From: an uncultured Candidatus Rokubacteria bacterium
GTDB taxonomy: Bacteria; Methylomirabilota; Methylomirabilia; Rokubacteriales; CSP1-6
NCBI GenBank assembly: GCA_963771355.1
Contig: CAVYTA010000006.1
Span: 1,632,001 to 1,696,000 of the forward strand
DNA: 64,000 nt
Direction: 5' to 3'
The notes under the pieces are model-generated. The model was given only the letters and a program-made list of their open reading frames with translations. It had not been told where the DNA came from and made no database searches. How positions within the stretch are numbered: the stretch's first letter is position 1; every line of letters begins with the position of its first letter. Shown one piece after another: positions 59,227 to 64,000 of this stretch. The position numbers and the translations under genes are program-made.

Positions 59227-59934
59227 GTGAGCTCGCCAGAGTCCGATCCTCCTCCCGTCCGGGCGCGGCGGCGTCCCACACGCCGGGGCCCCTCCCTCCT
59301 CGTGCAGGCCGTCCTCGTCACCGCGGTCATCGTCGCGATCCTGGCGGCCTGTCTGGTCTGGGACCCAATCTTCGTCAGCCTGCTCGTGTCGGAGGATTCG
59401 CCGGTGGAAGCGGTCCAGGCCGTCCTGCTCGGGCTGGCCCTGGCCCTCTGCCTGGTGCGCTGGCGGCGTCTCGTCGCGGTTGGCCTCTCCGCCGCGTCGG
59501 AGGTCATCCTCGCCGTGGGCTTCTTCATCCTGATCGCGGGCGAGATCGAGCTGTGGCAGCGCGTGCTGGGCTCCAGCATGACCTTCCGCCACACCTTCCG
59601 TCAGCCGCCGGCGCTCTTTGCCCTCTGGCTCGCGCTCTACGCGCTGATGCTGGCGGCGATGGTGCTCCTCGCCTTCTACGTCCTGCGGCGGCGCGTGCCG
59701 CTCTGGCGCTGGGGGCGCGCCGCACTGCGGACGGACTGGGGGCGGCTCCTGGTGTTCGCGGTCGCCCTGCTGGTTCTCACCGAGGTGTTCGAGCGTCGCC
59801 TGAACCGCATCCTGCCCACGGTGATGCCCAAGAGCACGCTGGAGGAGACCCTCGAGCTGATCGCGGGAGCCTACGCCGTCCTCGCCCTCATCGAGCGCGA
59901 GCGGGTGGAGCCGGTCAAGCCCGCCGACACCTAG
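59227..59934 (+). CDS. Hypothetical integral membrane protein
   Basis: About 6 TM segments, with EDSPVE and EETLEL motifs. Confidence 0.7.
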   Translation: MSSPESDPPPVRARRRPTRRGPSLLVQAVLVTAVIVAILAACLVWDPIFVSLLVSEDSPVEAVQAVLLGLALALCLVRWRRLVAVGLSAASEVILAVGFFILIAGEIELWQRVLGSSMTFRHTFRQPPALFALWLALYALMLAAMVLLAFYVLRRRVPLWRWGRAALRTDWGRLLVFAVALLVLTEVFERRLNRILPTVMPKSTLEETLELIAGAYAVLALIERERVEPVKPADT

Positions 59935-62792
59935 GGCCGCCGTAGCGGCAGCGACCAGGACTGGCGGGCGAGGAACCGATCGATGCCGCTCCGGCCCTCC
60001 GCGGACGCCACCGCGAGGCCGAACTGACGCGCCTCGAATGCGAGCCCGGCCTCGAGGCCCTCGGTGAGCCCCACCCGGACCGCCTCCAGGATGGCGCGGG
60101 CGGGGGCCTCCCGCGGGATCGCGTCGTGATGCGCGAGGAGGCGGCGGAGCTCTCCGTCCGCGGCGAGGTCGGGATAGGGCGAGAGCCGCGCGAGGTCACG
60201 TCCCTCCCCGAGCGGTGACCAGCGCGTGCCCGTCCACTCGCCGAGCGCGATGCGACGGGCGATCCCCAGCGCGTGGGACAGGGCGTCCGCGGGCGCGAGC
60301 TCGTCCACCAGGCCGAGCGCCCGCGCGGCCTCCGCCCCACGCCGGCGCCCGTCCAGCAGCATCACCAGCGCGTCGAGGAGGGCCGCGCGATCGGGGCCAC
60401 CGGCCTCGCGCACCCGGCGCAGCGCCAGCCGCGGCAGCGACTGGGTGCCCCCGAACCCCGGCAGGACGTGGAGGTTGATCTCGGGCTGCCCCCACTCGGC
60501 GCGCGCGGCGCCCACGCGCCACGCACAAGCCATCTGGAGCTCGTTCCCGCCCCCCAGCGCATAGCCGTCCACCGCCGCCACCACGGGCGCGCGCAGCCGG
60601 GCGATGCGGATCAACATCCGCTGCACCCGGACGGTGAACTCCTCCACCTCGGCGGGGCCGGCAAACGCGCGCAACGCGCGGATGTCGGCGCCCGCCACGA
60701 ACATGGTCCCCGACCCCGCCAGCACCGCCGCCCGCACTCGCGGCTCGCCCTCGATCGCCTCCACCGCTCGCTCGAGGTCCTCGAGCACGGTCAGGCCGAT
60801 GGCATTGGCGGGGGGCGAGTCCACCGTGATCAGCGCGACGAGGTCTTCAGCGCCCGGGCGGACCGGATCGAGGCGCAGGCGGACGGTGGCCCCGTCGAGG
60901 TAGCGCGAGCCCCAGGCGGTGTAGATTTCACGGGCTCTCCGGGCCGTGTCGAGCGAGGACCTCGCGCCCACGCGAACCGACAAGGTCCCCGCATGGCGGT
61001 TCTCGTGGATGAGCTGATGGCACTCGGCGAGCGCCGTCCAGTCGTGCACCACGGGCGCGTGCGGCGGGAGCGCGCCCGCGTCGAGCAGCCGCACCACCTC
61101 CTCCGCCTGGTGGGCGTTGGAGAGATGAGAGCCGAGCACCGCGAAGGTCGGAAAGAGGACGCGCTTCTCGTGCATCCACACGTTCGGCGCGTAGAAGGAG
61201 AAGCGCCGGCCCTCGGTGGCCTCGACGAAGACCACCCGCCCCGTGAAGGGGCGCGCCAGGAAGGTGCTGATCCCCAGGGTGTCCTGGCCGGCCCGCTCCA
61301 CCACCAGATCGGGATTGCCGCGCGGATTGTCGGCGGTGGCGAGGAGACGGCCCACCGCGAGACCGAACGGCTTGAGCGTGGTGTCCTGATAGGCGCGATA
61401 GCCGTCGAGGTCCACGTCGTAGTCGGGCATCGCGTCCGGCCAGTGGAAGGTGCCGGCGCGCGCCAGCGTCTCCAGGCTGACCACGCCCGACACGGCATGC
61501 GCGGCCTTGACGCGCGCGGCCTGGCGGTCGCGGCAACAGGCGACCACCACGCGCGCGCCGGCGGCCAGGGCCGCCACCGTCACCGCCTCCGCCACGGGAT
61601 CGTCGTCGCCGCCATCCTCCAGTCCCCAGTAGACGAGCACGCCCTCGCGGGGCCGCAGGTCGGCGCGCCGGAGCATCTCGGCCGGCGCGGCTGCGCCCGC
61701 CTTGCCGAGGAAGGTCAGCGTGTAGCCGCTGGTGGCGCCGTAGAAGACGAGCCGGCCGCCCGGCCCGAGGAGATCGACCATGCGGGCGAAGAGATCGCGG
61801 CCCACCGAGGAGACGACCACGTCCATTGGACCGCCTGGGGTCGCGCCGGAGGTCGCAGCGGGCGGACCGCCGCCCTGCCTATCGAGCACGCGCGCGCGGA
61901 AGGCCTCACCGCGGCGCCGCCACTCCGCACGCTCGGCGGCCGCCCGCGGGACCGGCGTGAACACGCCCTCCATACCCGGCGCCTTGCGATTGACATAGTC
62001 GTGGCCGCCCCCGGCGAGGACCAGCCGGCCCTTGTCCTCGGTGGAGACAAGCCCGGTCACGCGCGCGCCGCGCAGGGCGGCCACCGCGACGGCATGGATG
62101 CCGGTGCCGCCGGCCGCGCCTTCCACGAACACCCGCTCGCCCGGCTGCACGCGCGCCACGTCGTACAGCGCCTTGTACACCGTCTCCAGGTCCAGCATGA
62201 AGGCGGAGCCCTCGGGGAGCGTGAGCCGCTCCGTGTGGACGAGCCACTGCGGCGCCTGCCCGCGGACGAACTGGGCGAAGGAGCCGTCCGGCGTCTCGTA
62301 GCCCTGGATCTTGAAGTCGGCGTGCATCGGATCCTCGCCGGCCCGCGGCGAGAGGAGGTTGGACACCCCGGGATAGAGCACCCGGAGCTCGCCCACGCGG
62401 AGCCGTCCCTCGCGCGCCACCTCGCTCCCCAGCGCGGCGACCAGCGCCACCGCGCCCGAGCCCGGCACGTGGAGATCCCGATCGTGAAGGTCGAACACGG
62501 AGATGGGGACGCCGCGGGCGGCGAAGATGGTGTTGTAGGTGAGGCCCGCGTAGAGTACATAGCCCAGTGCCTCGGTGGGGCCGATCTCGGGCACCGGCGT
62601 CACCACGGGCCGCAGCGCGACGGCGGGCTCGCCGTGCGCGGGCCGGCCCCAGCGGTCCTTCACCACCGCCCACACCTCGTGGAGCACGGGAATGGGGTCG
62701 AGCCCCGGGCGGAAGGGCGCCCCCACCGGCAGCGTACCCTCGGCTCCCCGGCGCCACCAGCGCTCGTCCACTTCCTTCGGTTCACCCGACAT
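59931..62792 (-). CDS. Fusion of an MDR-type enoyl/acrylyl-CoA reductase (N-terminal) and an enoyl-CoA hydratase (C-terminal); propionyl-CoA-synthase-like domains
   Basis: IQGYETPDGSFAQF, VEGAAGGTG, FYGATSGY and GSHLSNA in the N-terminal part. FVAGADI, GGGNELQMAC and GQPEINL.VLPGFGGTQ in the C-terminal part. AAAGGA RBS before ATG 62792. Confidence 0.8.
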   Translation of the reverse strand: MSGEPKEVDERWWRRGAEGTLPVGAPFRPGLDPIPVLHEVWAVVKDRWGRPAHGEPAVALRPVVTPVPEIGPTEALGYVLYAGLTYNTIFAARGVPISVFDLHDRDLHVPGSGAVALVAALGSEVAREGRLRVGELRVLYPGVSNLLSPRAGEDPMHADFKIQGYETPDGSFAQFVRGQAPQWLVHTERLTLPEGSAFMLDLETVYKALYDVARVQPGERVFVEGAAGGTGIHAVAVAALRGARVTGLVSTEDKGRLVLAGGGHDYVNRKAPGMEGVFTPVPRAAAERAEWRRRGEAFRARVLDRQGGGPPAATSGATPGGPMDVVVSSVGRDLFARMVDLLGPGGRLVFYGATSGYTLTFLGKAGAAAPAEMLRRADLRPREGVLVYWGLEDGGDDDPVAEAVTVAALAAGARVVVACCRDRQAARVKAAHAVSGVVSLETLARAGTFHWPDAMPDYDVDLDGYRAYQDTTLKPFGLAVGRLLATADNPRGNPDLVVERAGQDTLGISTFLARPFTGRVVFVEATEGRRFSFYAPNVWMHEKRVLFPTFAVLGSHLSNAHQAEEVVRLLDAGALPPHAPVVHDWTALAECHQLIHENRHAGTLSVRVGARSSLDTARRAREIYTAWGSRYLDGATVRLRLDPVRPGAEDLVALITVDSPPANAIGLTVLEDLERAVEAIEGEPRVRAAVLAGSGTMFVAGADIRALRAFAGPAEVEEFTVRVQRMLIRIARLRAPVVAAVDGYALGGGNELQMACAWRVGAARAEWGQPEINLHVLPGFGGTQSLPRLALRRVREAGGPDRAALLDALVMLLDGRRRGAEAARALGLVDELAPADALSHALGIARRIALGEWTGTRWSPLGEGRDLARLSPYPDLAADGELRRLLAHHDAIPREAPARAILEAVRVGLTEGLEAGLAFEARQFGLAVASAEGRSGIDRFLARQSWSLPLRRP

Positions 62793-62815
62793 CGCGGGTT
62801 CCTTTCTCTCGACTA

Positions 62816-63871
62816 TCAGCTGGTTGGGCCTCGCTCGATGCGCCATTGGATCATGTCATGGCCCGCGCGGGAAGACCGGGCGATCTCGAGCCGCAGTCGC
62901 CGGTCGTGCACGGAGAGCGCGCCGTGCCAGACCTCGCTCCACGCCTCGAAGGCCGCCGGGTGCAGGGGCGCCAGGCCCTCCGCCAGCCGCCAGCCCGTTT
63001 GCCGGACCACGGCCCCCCCTCCCGACGCGTCCACGTGCACGGTCTCGCCCTGGGCGCGCGCGAGGCGCGCCAGGTACTCGGCAAAGCCCGCCGCGCCGCC
63101 CGCGCGCACTCCCAGCAGCGCCGCCGTCTCGTCATAGAACTGCATCCCGATAAGCCGCGCCGCGTGTCCGAGAAGTCGGTGCATCTCCTCCGGCCCCACG
63201 AGGTCCTGCAGCACCGGCATCAGGGTGCGCACGTACTCCATCGCATAGCTGCGCACCACCTTGTCGAGACGCTCGGGCGTCCAGATCGCGGGATCGAGGC
63301 GCGGGGCCTTCGCAGGGTCCGCGTCGGGCATGCGCTCGCCCGGGGCGAACCGCACGCGCTCGTGCGGCGCGAGGGCATGGTCGTGCTCGAGGTAGTACCC
63401 CTCGAGGCCGGGCTGCCCGTCCACCGTCTGGCCCGTGCACACGAAGCCCAGCCTCGGATTGCCGAGGCTGACGCCGTTGTGGCCGTGCCAGCCCTCCAGC
63501 ATGGCGGCGTTGACGCGGCTCGGGATGGCGCAGATCGAGGCGCCGGCCCAGATCCACCGCGGCGGGGGGTAGCGCACCCACGCCTTCGTGTCCGATTGGT
63601 GGACGTACTCCGTCTTGACGCCGCCGAGTCGGTTCGAGAGGTAGTGATACTGCGCGCAGGCCACCGCGTGCGGCAGCCGGTCGAGGCCGAGCTTGGCGAG
63701 GCCGGGCAGAAACTTCTCGAGGTGCTGGCGCCGGAAGAGCCGGAACATCAGCTCCGCCGCCATGGTCTCGCCACGGCGCGTGATCAGCGTCAGCACGCAG
63801 CCGGTGAGGAGCCCTTGGTAGAGGACGGACACCGCGCGGTAGGCCGCGGTGTCGCCGGCCGCTAGGGTCAT
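62816..63871 (-). CDS. Conserved hypothetical protein
   Basis: 351-aa ORF with protein-like composition, coupled (ATGA) to the upstream Mo-enzyme gene. Confidence 0.75.
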   Translation of the reverse strand: MTLAAGDTAAYRAVSVLYQGLLTGCVLTLITRRGETMAAELMFRLFRRQHLEKFLPGLAKLGLDRLPHAVACAQYHYLSNRLGGVKTEYVHQSDTKAWVRYPPPRWIWAGASICAIPSRVNAAMLEGWHGHNGVSLGNPRLGFVCTGQTVDGQPGLEGYYLEHDHALAPHERVRFAPGERMPDADPAKAPRLDPAIWTPERLDKVVRSYAMEYVRTLMPVLQDLVGPEEMHRLLGHAARLIGMQFYDETAALLGVRAGGAAGFAEYLARLARAQGETVHVDASGGGAVVRQTGWRLAEGLAPLHPAAFEAWSEVWHGALSVHDRRLRLEIARSSRAGHDMIQWRIERGPTS

Positions 63872-64000
63872 CGAGGCCGGAGCTGTTCGGGCAGGATGGG
63901 CAGCGCGGTCACCACCACGCCCAGCGAGGCTACCGCATCGGCCACCGCGTTGGCGATGGCGGCGGGCGCGCCGATGGTGCCGCCCTCTCCCATGCCCTTG
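63868..64000 (-). CDS. C-terminal end of a xanthine dehydrogenase/CoxL-family molybdopterin subunit (partial)
   Basis: Manual translation KGMGEGGTIGAPAAIANAVADAVASLGVVVTALPILPEQLRPR*. Confidence 0.88.
   Translation of the reverse strand, partial: KGMGEGGTIGAPAAIANAVADAVASLGVVVTALPILPEQLRPR

Overview
High-GC bacterial chromosomal window. The gene set and style suggest Ca. Rokubacteria/Methylomirabilota, which is an inference only. I saw no rRNA, tRNA, CRISPR array or transposase. Left to right it contains: (1) ttuA/ttuB-like thiolation genes, a NUDIX hydrolase and a SigK/RskA-like ECF pair. (2) An aromatic catabolism operon (hcrCAB-like reductase, XRE regulator, boxC, boxB, RidA, benzoate-CoA ligase, PaaK-like ligase) with no boxA. 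(3) A CoA-transferase pair (subunit A frameshifted), MFS transporters and an IOR-type oxidoreductase. (4) Housekeeping genes recG-rsmD-coaD-aspC-coxG, rpmB, and yebC-ruvCAB-spoIID-csaA-queA-tgt-yajC-secDF-rel. (5) A Pup-proteasome operon, arc-dop-prcB-prcA-pafA. (6) glgB-glgX-gdh. (7) A reductase-dehydratase fusion resembling a permuted propionyl-CoA synthase. Most notable observations: the proteasome operon has no pup gene and carries a translationally coupled 34-aa mini-ORF that duplicates the alpha-subunit N-terminal gate sequence with only synonymous changes. A 30-nt repeat is shared between that insert and a second insert between ruvC and ruvA (MIRU-like). A toxin-less AbiEi-like regulator is followed by two Lys-rich micro-ORFs (22 and 12 aa) with very strong RBSs. 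The operon joining anaerobic Hcr-like and O2-dependent Box genes suggests a hybrid aromatic pathway.
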